Notes: generated from the letters alone by a model not told the origin. A stretch of DNA of 62,215 nucleotides, filler included, from 9 parts of 9 records of this genome joined end to end with filler, not necessarily neighbours in it; one strand, 5' to 3'. Shown: positions 44,902 through 57,400, counted from the first letter of the whole stretch. Numbers and translations: made by a program.

Positions 44902-46509
44902 TTATGCTCCTTTCTCCGCTATTTTGCCCTTCAGCGACGGCTGTGTTTTCCACGGCGGCTTTATGTAGCTCCATGCCGGTGTAAAGATTCCGGCAGCTAC
45001 GTCTCTTGCAAAGTTGACCGCTCCTTTATAACCTGCATACGGTCCGCTGTAGTCGTAGCTGTGCATTTGTTTTGAATACACGCCCATCTTCTGAATAATG
45101 TATTTGTCTTTGATGCCTGAACCGAAAAACGCCGGTTTTAGTATCTTTATCAAAACCTCTGTCTCATAATGGTTGAGGTCATCAATGAGTATGCTCCCGT
45201 CTTCCATTTCCTTTATTAAACCGTCATACTTGCTGAGGGCCAGTTCATCTTTCAGCTTTTCTGCCTGCGCCGGAGACATACGAAGTTTATATTTCTTCTC
45301 GTCCTTCTCTACTTTTATCTCTTCTATGTTTCTGCTGTCCGCATCAAGTTTTATATCGGGGATTATGTCTCTTCCTTCATAATCGTCCCTGTGAGCAAAT
45401 TCATAGCCTGCCGCCACTGTGTCAATACCTATCTCACGCAAAAGCCCCTGATAATGATGCGCCCTCGAACCGCCGACGAACAGTATCGCCGTTTTGCCTT
45501 CGCACATGCTGCGGTATTCTTCGATCTCCTGCTCTACAGCCGCCTTTTCTTCTTCTATAACTTCCTCTGTTCTTGCAATGAGTTCTTCGTCTCCAAAGTA
45601 TTTGGCCATCTGCCGCAGCGCTTTGCCCATTGCCTCTACACCGATAAAATTAACTTTGATCCACGGTATGCCGTATTTCGTTTCTATCATGTCTGCAATA
45701 TAGTTTATAGACCGGTGGCACTGTACAAGGTTAAGGTCGGCGTTGTGTGCTTTTGCTATCTCTTCGTATGTAGAGTTACCCGTCATCGTCGTAACAACGT
45801 TATAGCCGATCTTACTCAGCACACGGCTTATCTCCCATTCGTCGCCGCCTATATTATATTCACCCAGCAGGTTGATTTTATATTTGCCTGCTGTCGCTTC
45901 ATCCATTCGTCCTACGACTTCTGTCATCAGCTTGTTGTTGGCAATGTGGTGTCCTGCAGACTGGCTTACGCCTTTGTACCCTTCACAGCTGAATGCCAGG
46001 ACAGGTATACCAAATTCTTCCTGCGCCTGCTTCGCCACCTGATGGATATCGTCACCTATAAGCCCGACAGGACATGTAGCCGAAATAGAGATGGCTCTTG
46101 GGCTGAAGATCTCCACCGCCTCTTTGATAGCTCCCTTCAGCTTTTTCTCTCCGCCGAACACGATATCGCTTTCCTGCATGTCCGTGCTGAAGCAGTAGCT
46201 CAAGAAGTTCTTGCCGCCTTCTCTTGCCTTGCCCTTGTTTCTTCTCGTTCCCCATGCGTAATATGAACAGCCTATCGGTCCGTGGACTATGTGAACCATA
46301 TCGATAATCGGCCCTATAACAACGCCTTTGCACCCTGCATAGCAGCATCCTCTGTTCGTTATGATTCCGGGCACTGTCCTTGTGTTTGCTGCGATTTCCT
46401 GCTTCTCGCACGAGTCTTTGATTACGATATGCTTTTTACGGTTTTTCATAACCCGAGCAGGATATTTATCTAAAATAGTATCTCTTATCTTTTTATTAAT
46501 TTCGCTCAT
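44902..46509 (-). CDS. nifD: Nitrogenase MoFe protein alpha chain (group II insertion)
   Basis: RGCCYAGCKGV, HGPIGC, SQSAGHH, FeMoco ligand motifs VQCHRS and QMHSYDY; insertion after HRDDYEGR. Confidence 0.97.
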   Translation of the reverse strand: MSEINKKIRDTILDKYPARVMKNRKKHIVIKDSCEKQEIAANTRTVPGIITNRGCCYAGCKGVVIGPIIDMVHIVHGPIGCSYYAWGTRRNKGKAREGGKNFLSYCFSTDMQESDIVFGGEKKLKGAIKEAVEIFSPRAISISATCPVGLIGDDIHQVAKQAQEEFGIPVLAFSCEGYKGVSQSAGHHIANNKLMTEVVGRMDEATAGKYKINLLGEYNIGGDEWEISRVLSKIGYNVVTTMTGNSTYEEIAKAHNADLNLVQCHRSINYIADMIETKYGIPWIKVNFIGVEAMGKALRQMAKYFGDEELIARTEEVIEEEKAAVEQEIEEYRSMCEGKTAILFVGGSRAHHYQGLLREIGIDTVAAGYEFAHRDDYEGRDIIPDIKLDADSRNIEEIKVEKDEKKYKLRMSPAQAEKLKDELALSKYDGLIKEMEDGSILIDDLNHYETEVLIKILKPAFFGSGIKDKYIIQKMGVYSKQMHSYDYSGPYAGYKGAVNFARDVAAGIFTPAWSYIKPPWKTQPSLKGKIAEKGA

Positions 46510-46526
46510 GACCGCTCCTTTCTTTT

Positions 46527-46910
46527 TTAAACGGCTGCATCTCCGGTTTCGCCCGTGCGGACACGTATTGCGTCTACTACCGGCATTACGAATATTTTTC
46601 CGTCACCCTTGTTGCCTGTCTGGTTGGATTCGATGATAAGTTCAACTACTTTATCGACCTCATCATCTTTGACAACCAGCATTAGCAAGCGCTTTGCTAT
46701 CAGCCTATGCGCTTCAGAGATGGTCTCCAGCACTTCCTTTGGTGCAGGCGACTTTTCGTCTATAACGTCTTCAATGAGTGAATAATCCACCTTTTTAGCG
46801 CCTCTGCCGTATACCTTTCTGCAGGTTGCAACAGGAAACCCGTTTTCTGAAAGAATCCTTTTGGTTTCGTTTATTTTGTTAATTCTGATTATAGCCAATA
46901 CTTCTTTCAT
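46527..46910 (-). CDS. nifI2: PII-family nitrogenase regulator NifI2
   Basis: MKEVLAIIR, GDGKIFV, RVRTGE; located between nifH and nifD. Confidence 0.92.
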   Translation of the reverse strand: MKEVLAIIRINKINETKRILSENGFPVATCRKVYGRGAKKVDYSLIEDVIDEKSPAPKEVLETISEAHRLIAKRLLMLVVKDDEVDKVVELIIESNQTGNKGDGKIFVMPVVDAIRVRTGETGDAAV

Positions 46911-46921
46911 ATCAGACCTCC

Positions 46922-47248
46922 TTAAAGCTTTTCTTCGCCGCTGCTAACTGTATATGCACGCTCCACATCGGTTACAAAAATCTTGCCGTCTCCGAATGTT
47001 CCTGCTTCTCCGGTTTTCGCATTCTTTATTATCAAATGAACAACTTCATCTACAGATTCGTCTTCTACTACCATCATCAATATTTCTTTCGAAAGCTCGT
47101 CATAGTGGATATCGCCTACCTTAATGCCTCTTTGTTTTCCTCTTCCTACAACATCTATTTTAGTGATAGCGGTATATCCGGCGTCTCCAAGCTCGTTCAT
47201 TATCTCTGTTGCTTTTTCCGGTCTGATAATTGCTCTTACCATTTTCAT
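46922..47248 (-). CDS. nifI1: PII-family nitrogenase regulator NifI1
   Basis: AIIRPEK, VVGRGKQRG, FGDGKIFV. Confidence 0.92.
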   Translation of the reverse strand: MKMVRAIIRPEKATEIMNELGDAGYTAITKIDVVGRGKQRGIKVGDIHYDELSKEILMMVVEDESVDEVVHLIIKNAKTGEAGTFGDGKIFVTDVERAYTVSSGEEKL

Positions 47249-47279
47249 AATCAATACTCCTATCTGTTATTAATAACTG

Positions 47280-48290
<1,011 letters not shown>

Positions 48291-48430
48291 NNNNNNNNNN
48301 NNNNNNNNNNNNNNNNNNNNNNNNNNNNNNNNNNTTAATTAATTAANNNNNNNNNNNNNNNNNNNNNNNNNNNNNNNNNNNNNNNNNNNNAAGCGTTACG
48401 CTGCGAGCGCCGCAGCGCGAAAACCACTTG

Positions 48431-48467
48431 TTGTCAACAAAAGTATCTTCGATACCTTTGTTGACAA
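48431..48467. repeat. 17-bp inverted repeat (REP or IS-end-like)
   Basis: TTGTCAACAAAAGTATC-TTC-GATACCTTTGTTGACAA, one mismatch. Confidence 0.6.
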
Positions 48468-48642
48468 TCTGAGCGCTCCGACAATATCGGATCCCTCTTT
48501 ATACACAATTAGTGTGAATATACCACACTATCCGCAAAAAATAAAGCCGGCCTTATTTCCCAGCCGGTCAATACTCAAAAAGCCCTTGACACGCAAGGGC
48601 TTTAAGCTGCTGCAAGCGCCAGAAAACAGGTGTCCGGTATCC

Positions 48643-49308
48643 TTACGGATTCTTGTTGTCGAGAAGCGACAATCCGTCTTTTTTAGCTCCTGAAATAACC
48701 AGATGCTCATCTTTCAAAAACACGTGGTTCGGGCTGACAAACGGCGTGATAACGTCATTATTCTTAATACCGATAATATTGATGTTGTGCTCGGAGCGCA
48801 CATTCATCTCCGCCACCGTCTTGCCGACCCAGTTTTCCGGGACGTTGAGCTCGCAAATAACGTATTCGGGTGTGAGCTCGATGTAATCAAAGGAGTTTCG
48901 GGCGCTGAACTTGACGGCTGTACGCTGCGCCATCTCCTTTTCGGGGTGGATGACCTCGTCCGCGCCGATTTTCTGAAGAAATTTCGTCTGCGCTTCACGA
49001 TCAGCCCGGGCGACAATATGCTGCGCGCCGAACTCCTTGAGCAAATACGTCACCTCGAGCGAGCCCTGAAAATCATTGCTGATACAAACAAAGCACAAAT
49101 CGTAATTGTTGACGCCGAGCTCCTGGAGCACCTGCTCATCCTGACAATCGCCAATGCGCGAGTCCGTTACGAACGGCGCAAGCTTTTCAACGGCCTCCTC
49201 GTCCTTGTCTATAACCATAACCTCGTTGCCGAGCTCCATCAGCTTGAGAGACAAGTGTCGCCCAAACCGTCCTAATCCGATGACAAGTATCGTTTTCATA
49301 ATAATCAT
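48643..49308 (-). CDS. ktrA: Ktr/Trk K+ uptake NAD-binding RCK subunit
   Basis: VIGLGRFG, GADEVIHPEKEMA. Confidence 0.9.
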   Translation of the reverse strand: MIIMKTILVIGLGRFGRHLSLKLMELGNEVMVIDKDEEAVEKLAPFVTDSRIGDCQDEQVLQELGVNNYDLCFVCISNDFQGSLEVTYLLKEFGAQHIVARADREAQTKFLQKIGADEVIHPEKEMAQRTAVKFSARNSFDYIELTPEYVICELNVPENWVGKTVAEMNVRSEHNINIIGIKNNDVITPFVSPNHVFLKDEHLVISGAKKDGLSLLDNKNP

Positions 49309-49387
49309 CCTTTTCCGCCGGCCTACGGCTAAATGAGGCTGTTAATAGATTTAACTTTACTATTAAAGCGGCAATCTACGTTTTTCT

Positions 49388-50728
49388 TTATCCCAGTATG
49401 ATCTTTTCAGAGACGTATTTGAGAGCCGAATGGTTGCGGGCCCGCCGCGTCATCATTGCTGTGGCAACAGCCAGGCTGCCGACACGGCCGGCAAACATAA
49501 GCAGCATAATCATGATCCGTGATGCGACAGAAAGCTGCGTTGTGATGCCCTTTGAAAGGCCGACAGTGCCAATTGCCGAGAGTGTTTCAAACAGTGTATC
49601 CGTCAGACCCAAACCCTGCGCACTGATGACAAGCGTGCCGAAAAAGGCCAGAAACATATAAATGCTCGCGCTTGTGGCGGCCCGGTAAACAAACGATTTA
49701 TCAAGCCGTCTCTTGAAAAGATTCATATCTTCGCTGTTTTTTGCGCGTGCAAAAACGCTGAGTACGAGAACAAAAATGGTGGTGACCTTCATACCGCCGC
49801 CCGTCGAACCGGGGCCGGCCCCAATGATCATGTACGCAATCGTTAAAAGCGTACCGCCGGAACTCATTTCACCGTGCGGCACGGTGGCAAAGCCGGCCGT
49901 TCTCGGCGTAACAGCCGCGAAGAGTGAGGCCATGATGCGTTCACCGGCGTTCATATCCGCCATCGTATGCCCTTTTTCAAAGAAGTAGAATAAAACCGCG
50001 CCGCCGATAACGAGAACGCCCGTAGCTGTAATCATCAGCTTTGAATGCAGATGATACTTTGAAAAATGGTGCTTATTATGCGTTATATCGTCCCAGACGA
50101 AAAAGCCCAGGCCGCCTACCAGGATTAAAACCATCACGGTTATATTGACAAGCGCGTCTCCGGCGTAATGCGTCAGCGAGCTGTAGGGCTCAATGCGTCC
50201 CATCAAATCAAAGCCAGCATTACAAAACGCCGATATAGCATGAAACAGGGCGTACCAGGTGCCGCGCGCCGCGCCGAATTCGGGAATAAAACGGAACGAC
50301 AGGACCACAGCCCCCAAAAGCTCCATGCACAATGTGATAACGAGCACTTTTTTCGTCAGCCTCACAACGCCGCCGAGCTTCAGCGCACTCACCGACTCCA
50401 TCAGGATTGTCCGCTCGCGCAGTCCGATCCGCCGGCCGAGAAACATGGAAAACATCATCGCCACGATCATAAAGCCGAGGCCGCCCGTCTGGATCAGCAA
50501 AAGTATCACGATTTGCCCGAATAAAGTAAACTGCGTATATGTATCATATACGACAAGGCCGGTGACACAGGTCGCCGACGTTGAGGTGAAAAGGCTGCTT
50601 AAGAATGGAATGCTTTGGCCGTCCCGGCTGGCAAACGGCAGGGAAAGCAGCACGCTGCCGATGATAATAAAGAGCGCGAACCCGATGGCAAGGATCTGCA
50701 TCGAGGATAACCTCAGTCCTGTTTTCAT
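49388..50728 (-). CDS. ktrB: Ktr/Trk K+ uptake membrane subunit
   Basis: TSATCVTGL, SAFCNAGF, TPRTAGF, GSTGGG, SAIGTVGLS; GGAGG RBS. Confidence 0.92.
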   Translation of the reverse strand: MKTGLRLSSMQILAIGFALFIIIGSVLLSLPFASRDGQSIPFLSSLFTSTSATCVTGLVVYDTYTQFTLFGQIVILLLIQTGGLGFMIVAMMFSMFLGRRIGLRERTILMESVSALKLGGVVRLTKKVLVITLCMELLGAVVLSFRFIPEFGAARGTWYALFHAISAFCNAGFDLMGRIEPYSSLTHYAGDALVNITVMVLILVGGLGFFVWDDITHNKHHFSKYHLHSKLMITATGVLVIGGAVLFYFFEKGHTMADMNAGERIMASLFAAVTPRTAGFATVPHGEMSSGGTLLTIAYMIIGAGPGSTGGGMKVTTIFVLVLSVFARAKNSEDMNLFKRRLDKSFVYRAATSASIYMFLAFFGTLVISAQGLGLTDTLFETLSAIGTVGLSKGITTQLSVASRIMIMLLMFAGRVGSLAVATAMMTRRARNHSALKYVSEKIILG

Positions 50729-50933
50729 GCGCGCCTCCTGTTGCACGGCACAAGCTATAAGCTTTGCAGGATAATTGCTTGCTGACAGTTTAGAAATATA
50801 TCACTTGTTTTTTGTAATGGCAACCGTTTTATCTGTTTTTCTGCAAGTTTGTACGAAAGCTTGACGGTTGTCAGCGCATGCGATATGCTGTAATTAACAG
50901 TAAAAAAACAACAAAACGATTCTGGAGGTTTGT

Positions 50934-52067
50934 ATGGCTTATCTGGGTGAAGAAATCAAAAAACTTGGCTTTGGTCTGATGCGCCTGCCAATGATTGGCG
51001 GCATGGACGGCGAGATCGATATTGAGCAGGTTAAGAAAATGGTTGACCTGTTCCTGTCCAAGGGCTTTACGTACTTTGATACGGCCTATGGATACGCAAA
51101 CGGTAAATCTGAAGCGGCGGCTAAAACAGCGCTGGTAGACCGTTATCCCCGCGAGAGCTTTCAACTGGCCACCAAGCTGCCCGCTTGGGCAGGGCCAAAA
51201 ACGGCCGAAGAGGCCAAGCAAATGTTCTGGACATCCCTTGAGCGCACGGGCGCGGGATACTTTGACTTTTATCTTCTGCACAATATCGGCGGCGCGCGCA
51301 CGGCAAAGTTCGACGAGTACGGCATCTGGGACTTTGTAGCCGAGCAAAAGGAAAAAGGCCTTATAAAGCACATGGGCTTCTCCTTCCACGATTCGGCCGA
51401 CAAGCTGGATGAGGCGCTGACAAAGCATCCGGAAATGGAGTTTGTCCAGCTGCAGCTCAATTACGGCGACTGGGAGAGCGGGGCAATCCAGTCGAGAAAA
51501 TGCTACGAGGTCGCACTCAAGCACAACAAGCCCATCGTCATTATGGAGCCCGTCAAGGGCGGCATGCTGTCAAAGCTCCCTGACAGCGTCGCCGACATTT
51601 TAAAGGAAACCGACCCGTCGGCATCCCAGGCCTCGTGGGCTATCCGCTTCGCGGCGTCTCTGGATAACGTCATCACCGTTTTATCCGGCATGTCGACGCT
51701 TGAGCAGATGGAGGACAATCTGTCGTATATGGCGGACTTCAAGCCGCTGAATGCAACAGAAAAGCAGACGCTCGAAAAGGCGCGCCTGGCGCTTGAAGCC
51801 ATTCCGCGCGTACCTTGTACGAGCTGCGAATACTGTGTTAAGGGCTGTCCGCAGGGCATCCAGATCCCGCAGATGTTCGACGCCGTCAATAAATATATGG
51901 TCTACAACGATTTAGGCGCGGCCAAGTTCGGGTATAAGCTGGCGCAGATGTTCGGCAGCGCCCCAGCGTCCGACTGTATTGAATGCGGCGCGTGTGAAAC
52001 GGTTTGTCCGCAGAAAATTGAGATCATGGAAGAACTTAAAAAGGGCCACGCGCTCTTAAAGGAATAA
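50934..52067 (+). CDS. Aldo/keto reductase with C-terminal 4Fe-4S domain
   Basis: LGFGLMRLP, YFDTAYGY, MEPVKGG, CTSCEYC..CP, CIECGACETVCPQ. Confidence 0.92.
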   Translation: MAYLGEEIKKLGFGLMRLPMIGGMDGEIDIEQVKKMVDLFLSKGFTYFDTAYGYANGKSEAAAKTALVDRYPRESFQLATKLPAWAGPKTAEEAKQMFWTSLERTGAGYFDFYLLHNIGGARTAKFDEYGIWDFVAEQKEKGLIKHMGFSFHDSADKLDEALTKHPEMEFVQLQLNYGDWESGAIQSRKCYEVALKHNKPIVIMEPVKGGMLSKLPDSVADILKETDPSASQASWAIRFAASLDNVITVLSGMSTLEQMEDNLSYMADFKPLNATEKQTLEKARLALEAIPRVPCTSCEYCVKGCPQGIQIPQMFDAVNKYMVYNDLGAAKFGYKLAQMFGSAPASDCIECGACETVCPQKIEIMEELKKGHALLKE

Positions 52068-52119
52068 GCGCTCGTACCCATACCCTCAGTATAACCACCT
52101 GAACGCCAATATATCGAAC

Positions 52120-52155
52120 AGCTCCGGGGACCGAATGGGCCCCGGAGCTTTTTTA
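52120..52155 (+). terminator. Rho-independent terminator between convergent genes
   Basis: AGCTCCGGGG..CCCCGGAGCT followed by a T-tract. Confidence 0.75.
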
Positions 52156-52165
52156 AGATGTACGT

Positions 52166-54175
52166 TTATACCCGTCCGATGTCGCGGGCAATCGTGTAGG
52201 CGGCCTGGGTCGCGGCAAAAATGTTTTTCGGGGTCACACAGTCGCCAAGCATATAAAACTCGGGCGCGCTGTCCCGTAGGGCTCCGGCCTCCTCGCCGAG
52301 GGGACGCTGTCCGACAGCGTAGACCATCGTATCGGCCTCGATTTTGTAAACGCCCTCCGGCCCTTCAACCTGAATGCCGGCATCGTCAATCTCAAGCGCT
52401 TTCGTGGAGGTAAGGATTTTCATCTTCATATCGGGATGCGCGATTAAGTACTCCCGGATAGCAATGCCATGTACGAGCGGGTCACCGACGACCATGCCGC
52501 CGAATGCGGAAAACCGCTCGGACGTCTCCTTGTCGTCGGGCGAGGCGCAGGTGCGCGGCAGCATCTCGATCACCGTCACAACACGGCCTGTCTGAGCCAG
52601 ATGAAACCCCAGCTCCAGCCCTACGAGTCCGCCGCCCATAATAACGACCTGCTTCCCCGCTTTTTCCGGATTATAATAAACCTCTTCCGCACCGAAGACA
52701 TTCTTCCCATCGATACCGGGCACCTTCGGCACAACGGGGCGCGAGCCCATGGCCGCAATAATGACGTCGGGCTTCAGCTCCGCCGCTGTCTGACTTGTAA
52801 CCGCCGTGTCCAGCCGCACCTCAATGGGCGACCTTGAAATAAGGCGCTCCTGCAGGTCTAAATATTCCTCCAGATGCTTTTTGAACGGGATGTTCTTTTC
52901 ACAGCGCAGCACACCGCCGAGCTGATCTGTCTTCTCACATAGGATGACCGTATGGCCCCGCTCGGACGCCGTCAGAGCCGCCTGCATACCGCCGATGCCG
53001 CCGCCGGCTATGAGCACTTTTTTCTTTTTGCGCGGCGGCGTGTCAAACAGGCTTTCCAGCTCGTTGCCAATGACGGGGTTCGTCGCGCAGTAGAACACGC
53101 CGCCCATTGTGCTGTAGGAGAAGCAGTTATAGCAGCGCAGGCACTTATTGATTTCGTCTTCATGGCCCGTGCGCGCCTTGAGCGGCAGATTGGGGTCGGC
53201 CAGCGTCTGGCGCCCGAGTTGGACGATGTCGGCCTGGCCGGACGCGATGATTTCCTCCATCTGCGCCGGATCCGTCAGCGCGCCGACGGTCGCCACAGGC
53301 GTTTTAACGTGCTTTTTGATCTCAGCCGCCAGATGCACGTTAACACCGTCCGGCATAAACATGCTTGGATGCGTCACCATGCTGGCCGCGTCGATTTCGT
53401 GATGGCCGGCAGATACGTGGATCAGGTCCACCTTTCCGTCCAGCACCTTGGCGATCTCAACGCCGTAATCGAGATCGTACCCCTCGTCCCCTAAGTACTC
53501 CGCGCCGCTGATGCGAATCTCGATCGGGAAGCCCGGCCCGACGGCGCGGCGGATGGCGTCGATGGTCATGAGCGGAAAACGCATGCGGTTTTCAAACGTA
53601 CCGCCCCAACGGTCCGTCCGTTTATTGTCCCGCGGCGACATGAACTGGGAAAACAGCCAGCCGTGGCCGCCGTGGATCGTTACCATATTAAAGCCGCACT
53701 GACGGGCATAGGCCGCCCCCTCGGCAAACGAACGGATGAGCCTTTCGATCCACGCCTCATCCATTGCCCGGATCGGCGTACCGTCGGCGCGCACGCCGTC
53801 CGTAAAGCCATAGATAAAGCCCTCTTTTTCCGCCATCATGTTGGCGTTGACACCGGCGTGATTGAGCTCTACAGAGGCCACGGCCCCGTGTCGCGTGATG
53901 GCGTTGGCCGTCAGCGTCATGGTCGCTTTGCCCTTGACGTCGTCGCCCCGCAGCTGGAAGGGATGGCTGTGGCCGGCGCGCGAATCCACCATGAAGTCGC
54001 CCACACACACAGACGCAAAGCCGCCCAGCGCCTTCGTCTCATAAAATGCGATACCGTCCTTCGTTAAAAACCGGTCGGCCGTCAAATGCGGATAATCCTG
54101 CGGCGATGCGAAGATTCTGTTGCGGAAAAGCTGTTTGCCCAGATAGATCGGCTCAAATAGTTTCTCGTACTTCAT
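52166..54175 (-). CDS. NADH:flavin oxidoreductase (OYE barrel + Fe-S + FAD; enoate-reductase/BaiCD-like)
   Basis: IHGGHGWLFSQF, RTDRWGG, CLRCYNC..CATNP, AGGGIGG, GGGLVGLE. Confidence 0.9.
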   Translation of the reverse strand: MKYEKLFEPIYLGKQLFRNRIFASPQDYPHLTADRFLTKDGIAFYETKALGGFASVCVGDFMVDSRAGHSHPFQLRGDDVKGKATMTLTANAITRHGAVASVELNHAGVNANMMAEKEGFIYGFTDGVRADGTPIRAMDEAWIERLIRSFAEGAAYARQCGFNMVTIHGGHGWLFSQFMSPRDNKRTDRWGGTFENRMRFPLMTIDAIRRAVGPGFPIEIRISGAEYLGDEGYDLDYGVEIAKVLDGKVDLIHVSAGHHEIDAASMVTHPSMFMPDGVNVHLAAEIKKHVKTPVATVGALTDPAQMEEIIASGQADIVQLGRQTLADPNLPLKARTGHEDEINKCLRCYNCFSYSTMGGVFYCATNPVIGNELESLFDTPPRKKKKVLIAGGGIGGMQAALTASERGHTVILCEKTDQLGGVLRCEKNIPFKKHLEEYLDLQERLISRSPIEVRLDTAVTSQTAAELKPDVIIAAMGSRPVVPKVPGIDGKNVFGAEEVYYNPEKAGKQVVIMGGGLVGLELGFHLAQTGRVVTVIEMLPRTCASPDDKETSERFSAFGGMVVGDPLVHGIAIREYLIAHPDMKMKILTSTKALEIDDAGIQVEGPEGVYKIEADTMVYAVGQRPLGEEAGALRDSAPEFYMLGDCVTPKNIFAATQAAYTIARDIGRV

Positions 54176-54464
54176 GCTCCATTTGGGACGCCGGACGTCC
54201 CGCCTCCTTCATCTGTAATTTGCTTTTTCCATTGGTAAGCGTACACACCATAAAATATCTGCTGTTTGGCAGATTCAACAGACTGGAACTATATATTAAG
54301 ACTATTATAATGGATAACATCTTAAAAAGCTTTGTATCTTTCTACAGATTCAGGCTCTTTTTTTNNNNNNNNNNNNNNNNNNNNNNNNNNNNNNNNNNNN
54401 NNNNNNNNTTAATTAATTAANNNNNNNNNNNNNNNNNNNNNNNNNNNNNNNNNNNNNNNNNNNN

Positions 54465-57400
54465 AAAATGCATCATCTATCCTCATCAATCTATCGATCC
54501 AAGGTCAAAAAATTGTCCGATTCCGCCGAAACGCAAAAGGTGAAGTTAGCCCGAAAGCAGAAGGAGGCCGATGCTGCTCTTGCCCGCATTACGAAGAGTA
54601 TGGGCGAGGTACGCCCTCCTCGCGCCTGTGATTCCCATCCTCTTCGTTACGGGTTTTTCTGTAGGCTTCTGAACAGAAGAAGGAAGCAGAAGTGTTGAAA
54701 GAGAAACTAGCCGAAGAGGAAGGCAAGTTGAGCGAACGCCAGAAACAGGTTTGGCCCTCGCTTCTTCCATCGTTTCGGGGTTGACGCATTGCGTTTCAGA
54801 TTGAAGCGGAGCTTGCGGATGTGCAGCCCCTGATTGACGAGAGTCGTGCTGCTGTGGGACGTATTCGGTCTCAGGACCTCTCAGAAATTCGAAGTCTGCC
54901 TATGCCTCCCGATGTTCGTCCGCGTCCACGTATTGCTATGCAAGGAATTGATACCTCCAATCAGGCCATTCGAGATGTTCTGGAGGGTGTTCTTCGCCTT
55001 CTCGGAAACCAAGATACATCGTGGGTTGCCATTAAACGATTCCTGGGGAGTAAAGGTGTACGAGAAGAGATTATGAACTTTGATACAGAGAAGGTCACGC
55101 CCGGTACGTGTGTGAGGTGTGTCGGCACCGTTGTTTCTTACATACCTAACTCTGATAGCTATCCGTGCCTCTGTCGAGGCTCATCTTGCCGAAAAGGCAT
55201 CATCCTTTGATCCTGAACGAATTCGACATGTAAGTGTGGCCGCAGCACCTCTGGCGGCTTGGGTGCAGGCGAATTTGCGGTACTTGCTGTTGCTGCTGCT
55301 GCTGGGTTGGGGTTGATTTCCTTTGTTCGTTCAGATTCACCTCCGTGCTGCAAAACATTGCCCCCTTGCGTAACGAGATGAAAACTCTCGCCACATCACG
55401 GCAGCTATCCTGTGAAAAACTCCGTGCATGTGAAATGAGAATCAAACAACTGGATGATGATGTGTGTTGAGTGAGGAGGAGACGACTCACACGACATACG
55501 CACTCATATGTGCACACAGGTCGTACGTCTCCGTGAGGACTTTGCACAACGGACGGGAGAGGCCGAGGCCCTCAAGATCAGTCTTGAAAAGGCCACAAGT
55601 ACACTTCAGAGTGCACGGACTCTTCTTGACAAATTGTTGGGTGAAAAGGGACGGTATGTTGCTTCGAATGACAAAACAAAGCATACAAACGGACACACGG
55701 CTGCTCCGAAGGTGGGAAGAACAAGTGGCGGGCTTTGCGGAGATGAATGCTCGTTTTCCCTATTCCATGCTTCTTTCGGCTGGATTTATCACATACCTGG
55801 GTGGTACTCCGGAGTCGGTGCGTCGATCTCTAACTCAAGACTGGATACGATATCCGCCCCGCCCACGAACCACTTCCTCTTCTGACCTTAACACATTCCC
55901 ACCCACACGTGTTGTGAATCCTTCGAATTCACGGCAGCCATGAGCACAGAAAGTCAACTTCTTGCATGGAAATCAGAAGGTCTGGATGGAATTGCTCTGC
56001 GCGGCGGACTCACTGGGTAGCAGGTCTTTCTGGTGATGAGCTAACCATGGAGAATGCATTGATTGTTCTCCACTCGTCAACATTCCCCCTCATCATTGAC
56101 CCTGCCAGGAAGGCTACAGAGTGGTTGAAGAACCACTTTAGCGTACGTAGCAGGAGGACGAATCCCTCCTCCGTGTCCCCCACACCTGCATCCTAGTCAA
56201 TCGAAGGCAAGACGGTGGAAGTCACACGCTATCATGACCCACGGTTTGCCAATACTCTGGATCTTTCCGTTCGATTCGGAAAGACACTCGTTGTGGAAGA
56301 TGTTGATGTCATTGAGCCCATTCTCTATCCGATTTTGCGACGTGAATTGGAGCATCAGGGATCCAGGTATGTTCCTTGCACAATGTTCAGCGACGGATCT
56401 CACCTGTGTGTGTCCAAGAATGGTCACGTATATCGGAGAGAAGGCTGTAGATTGGCACGAGAGCTTCCAGCTGATCCTGATTACGCGAAATGCGAGTCCG
56501 CTCATTCCTCCGGTTCGTTATGTTCGTTGTGATTGTGCTGTGACGTTTCCCTTGATGCAGGATGCACAAGCCCTTGTCAACTCTGTGAACTTCACAGTGA
56601 CACGTTCTGGACTAGAGAGTCAGTTGCTTAGTATCACAATGCACCACGAGCGACCGGAATTGGAACAGAAGAAGGCGGGTCTGTTGAAACAGGAGGAGGA
56701 GTTGAAAGTTCAACTTGATGAACTGGAACGACGACTTCTCGACGAATTGGGAGCCTCTCAAGGAAATGTACGTGTGTGCTGTGATAGGGCGGGACCATGG
56801 TTTGGCCGTTGATACACGATCCAGCTTCTGGAAAATACGGTTCTCCTCGAATCCCTCAATAACACCAAGGTCAAGAGTGTCACCATTGCGGAATCGTTGC
56901 ATACCTCGCGCTCTTTGCAGAGATCGCTTGATGAACAGCGGAATGTGTATCGGTACGTGGTGCAGGATTCACTTCCTCCCTTTTCTGAATTTGGGGATCA
57001 ATAGACCGCTGGCTCAGTTAGCAAGTTCTGTGTTCTTCCTTGTATCGGATCTGGTGAAACTTAACAACATGTATCAATTCAGTCTGGGTTCCTTCCTCAA
57101 GTTATTCATGAATGTACGTACGGTAGAGGCGAACGGCACATCCAGGGCGTACTTCTTCCTTCCTTCCTTCACAGACATTACAAGAGAAGGGAGACAGTAC
57201 CTCAGTTTCATCGCGTATCAAGACGTTGTCCACATGTCTTCTTTCTAACACATTTAGCTCTGTGAATCGGTCTCTCTTCAAGGCCGATCGAATTGGATTT
57301 GCCCTGCACCTTGTACACGGGATCCACCCCGAATTGTTCGGAGAAAAGGAATGGTGGGTGTCTGTTACTCTAGCCAGCCAGCCAGCCACTCAAGGAGCGT

